From: Thalia democratica
Taxonomy: Eukaryota
Direction of reading: 5' to 3'
Assembly: GCA_965202585.1 (NCBI GenBank)
Contig: OZ241829.1
Span: forward strand, 5,518,001 to 5,582,000
DNA: 64,000 nt
The notes under the pieces were generated by a model. That model ran no database searches. It had not been told where the DNA came from and worked only from the letters and a program-made list of their open reading frames with translations. Both the position numbers and the translations under genes were made by a program. How positions within the stretch are numbered: the stretch's first letter is position 1; each line of letters opens with the position of its first letter. Shown one piece after another: positions 37,652 through 49,500 of this stretch.

Positions 37652-38252
37652 GGAACGGGTCAAAATTGCACGACGAAAAAATCGCAAAAGGGCACAAAAT
37701 TGCACGAAAATGCTTTTGCACAAAGCCAAATTTGAAACATGGGTCACGAGTTAAAATTTTTGCACGAGTTACAATTTTGCACGGAGGGTCATTTTTGCAC
37801 GAGAGAAAATATATGAAAAAAAGCAAAAAAAAAAAAAACTAAAAGATAAATAAAATATTAAAAAGAAAAAAAATTACTGATCGAGGGTAAGGGTTAGGGG
37901 TGAAAATCATAATAAAAATGAAAATAAAAATAACTAATAAAAATTATTATTATTATTATTATTATTTAAAAAAATAAATAAAAACTAATTAATTTAAAAG
38001 AAAAAAAGCTACCGAACGAGGGTACGGGTTAGAGGTATTAGTGAAAGTAAAAAAAAACATTAACATATAAAAATAAGTTATCGACCGAGGGTAAGGGCTA
38101 AGGGTAACAGTGATAATAAAAAAACCTTAACATAAAAAAAAGTCAAAAAAAAAAATCAACTCGTGAAAAAGTTTCTCCAAGAAATTTTGTCCCCGCGTGC
38201 AATTTTGTCCCTCGTACAATTTTGTACGCTCGTGCAAATTTGACAGCTACCC
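37652..38252. mobile_element. MULE-like element (copy C)
   Basis: Perfect 9-bp TSD GTCGATACA (37643-37651 / 38253-38261); TIRs GGAACGGGTCAAAATTGCACGA / TCGTGCAAATTTGACAGCTACCC; three internal GAGGGTA(A/C)GGG(T/C)TA units. Confidence 0.9.
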
Positions 38253-38550
38253 GTCGATACATATGAAATAATGTAAGTTTAAAATCACGAAAGCCAAATA
38301 AAAACTTCGTGATAATTTACAGTATATTTTAAACGACAATAAAATTTTAGTTTATTACAGTAGCAACGCTTGGAGTTTGTTAGGAAGTGCAAAGAATTTA
38401 GAGTTATCAAAAGACTCTTAATTTGTATTTTTAGAAACTTATTTAAAAAAACAGAAATTAAATATTTACAAAAAATCATTTGTAAACTAGCGTTTATTAC
38501 AAGAAAAAATTAACAGCTTTATATTATAACTATGTTTATTTAGTTTTTAT

Positions 38551-38577
38551 GTGCTCCACCCCACGCGACGCCCCTAG
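38551..38577. mobile_element. Solo TIR remnant of the hAT MITE family
   Basis: CCACGCGACGCCCCTAG matches the right TIR of 6875-7559; decayed mirror copy at ~53311-53338. Confidence 0.45.
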
Positions 38578-39879
38578 TTGTTAATAGTTGTTTTTATGCG
38601 CAGGAAATGGCTTTTTTTTAATACATTATCAAAATATACAAACTATTCACTTTTAAATTTGTGCAGTTAAAAGTTAAGAACAATTTAATTACCTACTATA
38701 ATTTAAAACTAGTTACTGACGTTTACATAACGTTACAAATATTATCTTTCCTTAATTGTTTTATCAGTTTTTTTAATAAATTTTTAAAATGGATTTAAAA
38801 AATAAATTTACATACTTATTATGACTTTTAAAAACTTAAATGTTTTCTACGAAAAAGTTATTCTGTTTTAATTGTAAATTGACAATCATTTATAAACAGT
38901 TCAATTTAAACATAATGATCTGTATTTATTTTTTTTTAATTAGCAAATTCCTAAGAAATCTGGTTTTAGACAAACAAACTGTATGTCATTCATTATAGCA
39001 TAGTGCAAATGTAATTTTAGTTACATAAACTTAATAGTATCAACCTTTATACATTTTAAAGTAGTCTAGATAAAATACTTAATTGTTTTAAATATTTGTT
39101 TTTGTTGTATTCAGTTAATTAATATCATTTGGAAAATAAATAATTTGATATCACTCTTTACTTAAACTTTATAATCTATAGAGTAACTAAATTTTATTTC
39201 TTAAACATTAGATGAATAATAGTTTTGTCTATAAAAAAGTTACAAATCATTTAGGTAATAAACAGAAAAAAATTTGTTGTTTTGTTTAATTTTGCTTTTT
39301 ATCATTATAAAACAAACTAAAGATTTATTTATTTAATATGTTACTAATTTGTAATTAATTTCTAAGTTCAACAGTTTTTGTTTTCAGTTATGCATTTGAT
39401 TAAGTTTTTATAAATTTAACTTGTAGTTTTGAAATTTTAGGCATGGAAAAATAATAAAGTTGAAAACACTTAAAGTATTATTTAGTTTAGACCAAAGTTG
39501 TAACTAACTTATAGAGTATTATAATAGTTACTCTAATTTTAGACGGTTTAATGCAATTAAATAATGAATGCTACTTTTTAAATAAAATCAAAAACTCTGG
39601 TTTAATTATAAGTTATTTTCAGTTATTTACTGAAAAATGCTTAAACAGCTTCTTGTAAAATATATTTGTCAAATTTAAGATTTCAATAAGATAGTACTTC
39701 AATAACATAGTGATCTTTTACTTAAAATTATTGTAGCTCTGATAAAATTCCAGTATGTCTTTTGTTTTATATTACTGAGTTACTTTAAAAACGTTTTTGA
39801 AACTATTTATTTGTGTATCAAAAGTTACATACAGCCCATACATTTTTTTAGCATCTTCATTTACTCTGAAACAACAAAA

Positions 39880-40761
39880 ATGTCTGCAATGTCTTCAGAT
39901 GAGCAGTGCAAAGAATCAAACAAAATATTTGCCGAAATTTCCGACAGAAAGTTCTACCGACTGCTGGACAGAATGGATGGATTTTCATATCAAGATCCTG
40001 AATATAAAGCTGCAATGTTACCAAATAAACATTCAGAGCTTTATAAGGATGCTGAAAAGGTGTGGAATGAAATTCGTGATTCAATCTTTTCAGAGGAAGA
40101 AAAACTATCAGGAAATACTGATCAACTACAAGTAGCTAACAGAAATTCTGGTCTAGAAGAGGACTTTTCTGAACAATCTGACGATACAGAAGAAAATCGA
40201 ACTTTTGTAGATGCTCCGCTTATTAATGATGATCTAGAAGATGTTCTTCCGGTTAAAAAAGATGATGAAATTAAAGGGCTTCTCGAGTTAATTGATTTCA
40301 TAGAGAATAAAAACAATCTGACTACATCATTTGACATTATTCGGAATGAAGATGAAAATACCATCATTGGTGAAACAACAAGAAAAAAATGTACCCGGAA
40401 AATATTAGCTAAATCCAATTCAAATGTACTTTTAAAAGTAAAAGGTAATGTTAAGAAATCAGAAACAAAATTCAAAGTCAAAGCAAATTCTGCAAGAATA
40501 AATTGTGCTGATAGAAATATTAATGCAGCTACGGAAAATCGAATGACAAATCTTGACCTTGATGGTATGTTAGAGACACTTCCAAATGAAAGAAAAGATG
40601 CAGCAATTGAAGCACTCAAATACTTAGTTAGCTACTTGAAAACTAAAAACAATTGCACTATTTCTATTGACTGTTCCAAACAAAAGTATTCAGTTTTTCG
40701 AAACACTACATTGAAAAAATTGTACGAAAAAATGTCATTAAAAGCTAAGGTGACTGAATAA
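39880..40761 (+). CDS. Intronless orphan ORF, 293 aa (290 aa from the second ATG at 39889), acidic middle, basic C-terminal half
   Basis: Long open frame in ~80% AT DNA, AAAAATG context, upstream TTTTTTTAG acceptor-like site; open in both arms; no recognisable domain. Confidence 0.75.
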   Translation: MSAMSSDEQCKESNKIFAEISDRKFYRLLDRMDGFSYQDPEYKAAMLPNKHSELYKDAEKVWNEIRDSIFSEEEKLSGNTDQLQVANRNSGLEEDFSEQSDDTEENRTFVDAPLINDDLEDVLPVKKDDEIKGLLELIDFIENKNNLTTSFDIIRNEDENTIIGETTRKKCTRKILAKSNSNVLLKVKGNVKKSETKFKVKANSARINCADRNINAATENRMTNLDLDGMLETLPNERKDAAIEALKYLVSYLKTKNNCTISIDCSKQKYSVFRNTTLKKLYEKMSLKAKVTE

Positions 40762-41724
40762 ATGTTGCAAGCGCTAGACTGTTAAAAATTTTTTAATTTT
40801 ATGTTTATAAATTTGTAAGTAAAAAGTTATACTTATTCAGATAAAAATGACTGCAACAAAAAATATACAGAAACCTTTTATAACTTCTACTAGTTTTTGT
40901 TACCATGCATTAAGCATTAATTTACTCAATTGTCGATGATTTATAATCTAAGTTTTTAACTTTAATTTAACTTGAATTTTTTGTTTATGGAAGTATTTGG
41001 TTTCTTAACTTTCTTTTTATGGTTATTTTAAGGTTTCTTTTTATAACTTGTCATTGTTATATTTGAAAGATTGTACATCACTTGTGTTCGTTAAAATGTA
41101 ACATGTAATTTTAAAATTAACACAAAGTAAAATGCACATTTATATGTTGTATATATTTATGTTAACAATAAATTACAACCTGTGTAGAAAAAAACTGAAT
41201 TTTATTAAAAGTAGTAATTGAAAGTTTACAAAACTATATAAATGCATATTAAACAAAACAATTTTTTTTCTTATTAGCATATTTATTAATTATTAGTAAG
41301 ATATAAATATGATCTAAGTTTAATATTTGTATGATGATCGGGAAACATCGTTCTTATACTACAAACACCTTGTTTTTTTTATATAAACATTTACTTTTTG
41401 TTTATCCACTTCTAGCGAGAAAAATTAATGATTTGGTTTTTTTTTGTCTAATGGCTCTGTTTCATTAACAAATCTTTTTATTCGGCAGTAAAATGTAATA
41501 AATAAATTTAGTACGATTATAAATTAAACATGTTACATCTTTATCACATGTTTGCTCAACATAAATTAATATTAAAGGTTAAATTAAAGGTTAATTGAAA
41601 TTCAAAAAACGCTAAAATAAAGTATGAAAAAGGAAATGTTTTTGCTGTATTTAAATTTAAAGTTGTTTAGTACGCAGTTAGAACTTATTACGTAAACTAT
41701 TTTTTTAATTCTGTTATATTCTAT

Positions 41725-41855
41725 ACCAGTGACCGTCAAGGTGTCACTGGTGTACACTAGTGTACACTAGTGTACCAGTGTCCAATACAAACTATTTTTG
41801 GCGTGCACGAAATTTTAAGGGTACGCGAAACTCATTTAAGGGTGCACGAAATTTT
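41725..41855. repeat. Hairpin + TGTACACTAG tandem palindromes + GTGCACGAAA repeats; probable transposon end
   Basis: 9-bp stem ACCAGTGAC/GTCACTGGT (41725-41751), CTAG at 41757 and 41767, three ~19-21-bp repeats; mirrored at ~50088-50212. Confidence 0.6.
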
Positions 41856-44800
41856 GATTAACAAATTTATTTACAATTTTTCCTTAACTTGGTTTAAATT
41901 GTATTACAAACTACAACAAGTTTTTAAAAACAAAAATTTTCAAAGTTTTTTTTTTAATTTCAAAAATTGTTATTTTTTCGAACTACCTAATTAGCATAGT
42001 AAATTTTTGGAATGTACTTGTTTTTATAAACATTTGAAAGAAGTATTTTAAACGTGTATGCTATTTGAATTAGACAAACAGTATCAAAGAGATAAATAAT
42101 TCAACTAGTAATGTAATACTTTATCCTGTTAAAATCGTATTTTAAAGCACTTTACAAACAACATATGGGTTTTAAACAATTTATTTAGTCACAATCAAAT
42201 GCTGTCACATCCAAAATACATTAAAGGTAACAACATATCCGTCAGAATATATAAACTTAATCAGAAATAAAACACTTGCAAAAGTGCCGATAATAAATCT
42301 TATTTTTGTTATTATTGCTAAATTTTTGGTTTCTCATTGTTTTTAAATACAAAGTTTCGATTTAGGGAATATTCTCAAACCGGGCGGCACTTTCCCCAAA
42401 CTTTTCGGTACGGTTGCATTAAAACCTCAATGAAATTAATATTTTTATAAAAAAAAGATATTTTAATTTTCAAAACAATGCTCTGCTGTATTTTCTTCTT
42501 ATAGCTTGCATTTTACAGACTAACTCATTGCAGTTATAACAAGTCAGATCATAGCTAATTTATGAAAGGGCAAACAGCTTTGTATCAATAAGATTTTTTT
42601 GTATTTTAGCTTGGAAGCTAACACGGCTTGAAAATATTGATAAGTTTTTATTAGTATAAACATCAGTTTTGTATTCATTAAAAAAAAACAACTTGGCATT
42701 TAATATATATCATATGTAGATTATAATTTTATATATGTTAAATTAACTGATATGTGTTATAACTATAATAACTAGAAAACCCTTTACTAGATAAATTTCA
42801 AAAGTTTTAAATGTGCCTAAACTAAATTTACTGTATTTACTTTTAGCGTTTTTTGTCATGTCTGAAATAATGAAAACAAAAAGTTAACAAGAAAAGTGTT
42901 AAAAATGTTTACTATTATCATTTACTTTTCTTACGAAAATTAACATAGACCGACCGAAATCATAAATAAACTAATAAACTTTATAAAGCCTTAAACAAAA
43001 ACAAGAAAAAAAAAGTTAATGCTTGCGCGATGGTTGGTAAGTTTTAATATAAGTGATGAGATAATAAAACAAGTTGTAACAAACTAAGTCTAATTTTCAC
43101 AGTCATAGCACTTAATATTTTTTCTATAAATATTTGACACTTTTTTTATAAGATGTTATATATTTTTTTAAGGCTAGATCTAGGTCAGCGTCTGTAGATT
43201 GTTGTAGATTACGGTACAGTTTTTCTTAGAAAAAATACTCACATAAAAATGTAAATTTAAACCTTTTTTTTTAATGGGACTATTTTTTGACGCAAACTTG
43301 TAGTTAAAACATCTTTTAAAAAACTGTTTGTTATAGTTTTATTATCTTTTAAATAACTGATACGCTAGAAGCATTTTTTCAAATATTCAATAAAACTATA
43401 ATATTTTCATTAACATTTTTTAACCTAGAAATACGTCACAAGCCACATAGTTCCGGTCAGATTCGATCTGCGGGCAAGGTTTTTGATTACTACTGTATAC
43501 AAAGCTGTATAAATATTTATATTAGAATTCAATTCATCAAAACACTTTAAAAAAAAAACTTAAGCTTACTCGATTAGATTTTGAGTTTAAAAATTTTGAA
43601 CTCAAGCAGAATGTTTTAGTGGTCTTATATAACAACAACTTTGTGAATAACATTTGATTGGTGAAAGATATTTTACAAACTTAATCTGATATATACTATT
43701 TTAGTTAAGAAATGATTTACTTATTGAAAGTATGCAACTTATAGACTTATTAATTATAATTTAAAATGAATTATGTTTACTAAAAGATAAATTTGGTTTG
43801 TATATGTGTATTAGAACTGCCTGATTAAGATATCTTATTAAAAGTTTATAAACGCTAATTTTTCGAAGACTTGAGTGTTTAATGACATAAAAAACAGCCT
43901 TGTACCAATTGGAAACTATAAGAAAGACTTGTAAAATCCTCTGTAATCTTTATACACTTATTTTTTCTACTTAGAAGAGATTCATCAATGCAGAAAAAAT
44001 CAATATTTAAATTGAACAAAACTTTCTCTTATAAGAATGATCTATCAGCATAGTTTGTTAACTTGTCCAACTAAAAAGTAATTTAAATAAACCACATGTG
44101 AAAAAGCTTGTTTACTAAGCTGAACAACTAATGGTAATTTTTTTTAAATACCTGACAGTAGAGTACAATGAAAGAAAAAAGGTATAAAAGTCAAAGAGTT
44201 TGTAAATTTAAAGTAAGCCAAAATTGCTTACTTTATTTATTATTATTATCATATTATTTACTTTATTTACTAAGATTGCTAGCTACTTTTAACTCTAAAA
44301 GAAAACAATTAGGTTCGTCAATGATTGAAATGGTCTACCTATGTCTTGGTGATGAACAACTTTTTTACTAATTCCATGAACTTTAATCTATTTTGACTGC
44401 CTTCATGCCTGTCTGATGAGGATGAGTCGACAATTATTTTTAAGAGGTCTATGCTTTTTGTTACGTCATAAAGCAAGTATGTTAACCTTTTCACACATAA
44501 ATAAAAACGTTAACTAGCGTTAACTTTGTTTTTGTTTCAATAACCAAAATTATAAACATTATAATTTTGCTTACTTATTAATGTGAAATAACAACATTTA
44601 TAGTATGATTAAGAATGTAAAATGAAGTGGTTTACATTTATTTTTCCTAAAATTTAATATTCTACACTTAGTTGTTACTATGAACTTTATTTACTTTCTA
44701 TTAATAGAAAAAACCAAACTTTCTTTTTAAGTTACTGTTCACCTTATATACAGACAACACGTATACACTAGAGTGAAATTTATTAAAATCACTAATATAG

Positions 44801-45304
44801 CTAACACTTTATCAAGACATATAAATAAAAACAACATAGATAACACATTTAAGCAATCGGCTTGTGTAAAACGGAGTCTGTGAAGAAAAATAACCTAAAT
44901 AAAAAAAAAATGCTGAAGATATTTTCAACTGAACGTAAATATTTAAAAAAAATCATTATTTGTCATTCGAACTCTAAGAAATTAAATTAAAAGATAAACG
45001 TCTAAATAATCAGCACTTTTGTTTTAACAAAAAGTTACATTTGAAACTACATTCAATAAAACAAAACAATTTGTTGCAAACTGTATTGTTAATATATTTT
45101 CAAAAAATTTTATTACTTTAATTTGTTATTAGTTTAGAATAAGAAGTAATCGAAATGTAGCATAAAAACAAAATAGAAATAGAACGACTTCAGCAAATTC
45201 ATAACACACGAAGTTTACACATGGTGAAACCTAGACTGATGAAAATCAAACAAGGCAACAACAAAGTACCATGTCTCTTTTGTAGTTGTATAGATTTCTA
45301 TCAC

Positions 45305-46140
45305 TTATAAGTTTACAGGTAAATTTACGCAGGAAAACCTCGCAATATTACTTGTTGCATAACAGCTTTTTTCTGACCATTCATCGATTTCAAGGTCGTA
45401 AACCATAACTTTACCTCCGTGGCAAAAAACAAACAACTTGCTACCAACTGTGATTGCTTCGATAGCATTGCTAAACACGCTAAAACAATTTTGGTAATGT
45501 TCTATCAACAAAGTAAATACTTCAGTATTGGAATCAAAAACTTCACAATTGTTTAAACCACCAATTTGAAACAGTTTGTTTTTTACTGCAACTGATTTGT
45601 GATGGTGTCTTCTTTCAACCATACTCGGCATTCTTGACCATGTACGAGCCGCATGGTCATATGCTTCTACAGTGTTTAGTGTTACATTACCATTCCGTCC
45701 ACCAGATACGACAATTCTCCCTTCAAACACGGAACTAGCTGAAAACTTTCTTGCATCGTTCATATTGGTGATTTCTTCCCATTCATAGGTTTTCGTACTA
45801 AATTTTACACTCGTAGCTGTAGATGAAAAACTAATAGATCCGCCAACAATATAAACACTTTCCATAAACGAACAAGTGGAAAAATAGAGACAATCATCAT
45901 ACATGTCAGATATGTGTTCCCAAGCTTTAGTAAGAGGGGAGTATTTTTCAACTGGCATTATGCAATTTAAACGAAGATCAATTCCACCGAACACATAAAT
46001 TTCACCTTTAACACAAACTACTCCATAATTTTCTCGGGCTATTTTCATTCGCCGCAAATACTTCATATCACGAAATTTGGTATTCTTAATATGTTTTACT
46101 TCACTAACGGTGTTAAATGTATTTATATTTTGCCCAGTTA
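45305..46140 (-). pseudogene. 5'-truncated intronless kelch-repeat gene (near-complete beta-propeller, no BTB/BACK); possibly still translatable from ATG 46066 (253 aa)
   Basis: Repeats GEIYVFGG..VEKYSP..W, ESVYIVGG, GRIVVSGG..TVEAYD..W, NKLFQIGG and SKLFVF..G..W; the frame is open from the palindrome junction to the stop at 45305; upstream sequence is replaced by the inverted arm. Confidence 0.85.
45745..46140. other. 396-bp unique spacer (loop) of the inverted duplication
   Basis: Mirror homology TTTCAGCTAGTTCCGTGTTTGAAG begins exactly at 46141, pairing with 45744. Confidence 0.9.
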
Positions 46141-46571
46141 TTTCAGCTAGTTCCGTGTTTGAAGGAAGAATTATCGTATCTGGTGGACGGAATGGTAATG
46201 TAACACTAAACACTGTAGAAGCATATGACCATGCGGCTCGTACATGGTCAAGAATGCCGAGTATGGTTGAAAGAAGACACCATCACAAATCAGTTGCACT
46301 AAAAAACAAACTGTTTCAAATTGGTGGTTTAAACAATTGTGAAGTTTTTGATTCCAATACTGAAGTGTTTACTTTGTTGATAGAACATTACCAAAATTGT
46401 TTTAGCATGTTTAGCAATGCTATCGAAGCGATCACAGTTGGTAGCAAGTTATTTGTTTTTTGCCACGGAGGTAAAGTTATGGTTTACGACCTTGAAATCG
46501 ATGAATGGTCAGAAAAAAGCTGTTTTGCAACAAGAAATATTGCGAGGTTTTCCTGCATAAATCACCTGTGA
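46141..46571 (+). pseudogene. Inverted partial copy of the kelch gene (C-terminal ~3.5 repeats)
   Basis: SASSVFEGRIIVSGG...WSEKSCFATRNIARFSCINHL*; near-identical to the left copy, with a 1-bp deletion near the C-terminus. Confidence 0.9.
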
Positions 46572-49500
46572 ACTTATAAGTGATAGAAATCTATACAACT
46601 ACAAAAAAGACATGGTACTTTGTTGTTGCCTTGTTTGATTTTCATCAGTCTGAGCTTCACAATGTGTAAACTTCGTGTGTAATGAATTTGCTGAAGTCGT
46701 TCTATTTCTATTTTGTTTTTATGCTACATTTCGATTACTTCTTATTCTAAACTAATAACAAAATTAAAGTAATAAAATTCCTTGAAAATATATTAACAAT
46801 ACAGATTGCAACAAATTGTTTTGTTTTATTTAATGTAGTTTTAAATGCAACTTTTTGTTAAAACACAAGTGCTGATTAAATGGACGTTTATCTTTTAATT
46901 TAATTTCTTAGAGTTCGAATGACTAATAATGATTTTTTTAAATCTTTACGTTCAGTTGAAAATGTCTTCAGCATTTTTTTCTTTTATTTAGGTTATTTTT
47001 CTTCACAGACTCCGTTTTACACAAGCCGATTGCTAAAATGTGTTGTCTATGTTGTTTTTATTTATATGTCTTGATAAAGTGTTAGCTATATTAGTGATTT
47101 TAATAAATTTCACTCTAGTGTATACGTGTTGTCTGTATATAAGGTGAACAGTAACTTAAAAAGAAAGTTTGGATTTTTCTATTAATAGAAAGTAAATAAA
47201 GTTCATAGTAACAACTAAGTGTAGAATATTAAATTTTAGGAAAAATAAATGTAAACCACTTCATTTTACATTCTTAATCATACTATAAATGTTGTTATTT
47301 CACATTAATAAGTAAGCAAAATTATAATGTTTATAATTTTGGTTATTGAAACAAAAACAAAGTTAACGCTAGTTAACGTTTTTATTTATGTGTGAAAAGG
47401 TTAACATACTTGCTTTATGACGTAACAAAAAGCATGGACCTCTTAAAAATAATTGTCGACTCATCCTCATCAGACAGGCATGAAGGCAGTCAAAATAATT
47501 AAAGTTCATGGAATTAGTAAAAAAATTGTTCATCACCAAGACATAGGTAGACCATTTCAATCATTGACGAACCTAATTGTTTTCTTTTAGAGTTAAAAGT
47601 AGCTAGCAATCTTAGTAAATAAAGTAAATAATATGATAATAATAATAAATAAAGTAAGCAATTATAGCTTACTTTAAATTTACAAACTCTTTGACTTTTA
47701 TAGCTTTTTTCTTTCATTATACTCTACTGTCAGGTATTTAATTAAAATTACCATTAGTTGTTCAGCTTAGCAAACAAGCTTTTTCACTAGTGGTTTATTT
47801 AAATTACTTTTTAGTTGGACAAGTTAACAAACTATGCTGATAGATCATTCTTATAAGAGAAAGTTTTGTTCAATTTAAATATTGATTTTTTCTGCATTGA
47901 TTAATCTCTTCTAAGTAGAAAAAATAAGTGTATAAAGATTACAGAGGATTTTACAAGTCTTTCTTATTTTTCCAATTGGTACAAGGCTGTTTTTTATGTC
48001 ATTAAACACTCAAGTCTTCGAAAAATTAGCGTTTAAAAACTTTTAATAAGCTATCTTAATTAGGCAGTTCTACTACATATACAAACCAAATTTATCTTTT
48101 AGTAAACATAATTCATTTTAAATTATAATTAATAAGTCTATAAGTTGCATACTTTCAATAAGTAAATCATTTCTTAACTAAAATAGTATATATCAGATTA
48201 AGAGTTCTTGTTATCAGTTAAAGTTTGTAAAATATCATTCACCAAGCAAATGTTGTTCACAAAGTTATTTTTATATAAGACCACTAAAACATTCTCCTTG
48301 ATTTCAAAATTTTAAAACTCAAAATCTAGTCGAGTAAACTTAAGTTTTTTTTTAAAGTGTTTTGATGAATTGAATTCTAATATAAATATAAAAGCTTTGT
48401 ATACAGTAGTAATCAAAAACCTTGCCCGCAGATCGAATCTGACCCGACCGGAACTATGTGGCTTGTGACGTATTTTTAGGTTAAAAAATGTTAATGAAAA
48501 TATTACAGTTTTATCGCATGTTTGAAAAAATGCTTCTAGTGTATCAGTTATTTAAAAGATAATAAAACTACAACAAACAGTTTTTTAAAAGATGTTTTAA
48601 CTACAAGTTTGCGTCAAAAAATAGTCCCATTAAAAAAAAAGGTTTAAATTTACATTGTTATGTGAGTATTTTTTCTAAGAAAAACTGTACCGTAATCTAC
48701 AACAATCTACAGACGCTGACCTAGATCTAGTCTTATAAAAATATATAACATCTTATAAAAGAAAATTGTCAAATATTTATAGAAAAAATATTAAATGCTA
48801 TGACTGTGAAAATTATACTTAGTTTTTAACAATTTGTTTTATTATCTCATAACTTATATTAAAACTTACCAACCATCGCGCAAGCATTAACTTTTTTTTT
48901 TGTTGTTTTTGTTTAAGGCTTTATAAAGTTTATTAGTTTATTTATGATTTCGGTCGGTCTATGTTAATTTTCGTAAGAAAAGTAAATGATAATAGTAAAC
49001 ATTTTTAACACTTTTCTTGTTAACTTTTTGTTTTCATTATTTCAGACATGACAAAAAACGCTAAAAGTAAATACAATAAATTTAGTTTAGGCACATTTAA
49101 AACTTTTGAAATTTATCTAGTAAAGGGTTTTCTAGTTATTATAATTATAACACGTATCAGTTAACTTAACGTATATCAAATTATAATCTACATATGATAT
49201 ATATTGAATGCCAAGTTGTTTTTTTTTTAATGAATACAAAACTGATGTTTATACTAATAAAAACTTATCAATATTTTTCAAGCCGTGTTAGCCTCCAAGC
49301 TAAAATACAAAAAAATCTTATTGATACAAAGCTGTACAATTTTTTTTATAAGGTACAAAGCTGTTTGCCCTTTCATAAATTAGCTATGATCTGGCTTGTT
49401 ATAACTGCAATGAGTTAGTCTGTAAAATGCAAGCTATAAAAGAAAATACAGCAGGCCGTTGATTTTAAAAATAAAACCATCTTTTGTTATAAAAACATTA

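Larger units (their letters stand above)
30643..45744 (+). repeat. Left arm of a large inverted duplication (15102 bp)
   Basis: Colinear reverse-complement similarity to 46141-58998 across exons, introns, transposons and intergenic DNA. Confidence 0.95.

Noticed and set aside
39797-40619. Overlapping or antisense ORFs 39797-40135, 39857-40084 and 40122-40619 and their mirrors at 51294-52056
   Set aside because: Shadows of the 293-aa ORF's codon bias; their mirror copies reflect the duplication, not independent selection.
44168-44371. 67-aa ORF duplicated at 47514-47717, and other short AT-rich ORFs (408, 1198, 12777, 15027, 25062, 31954, 36569, 37611, 38285, 41770, 49194, 57993)
   Set aside because: Low-complexity, often non-ATG starts, no splice or homology support, several inside transposons; expected by chance.
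46077-46140. N-terminus MVFLICFTSLTVLNVFIFCPVI of the 164-aa plus ORF as a signal peptide, and MFSVTLPFRPP... of the 302-aa minus ORF
   Set aside because: Both are antisense read-throughs across the palindrome junction with non-ATG starts, not native N-termini.
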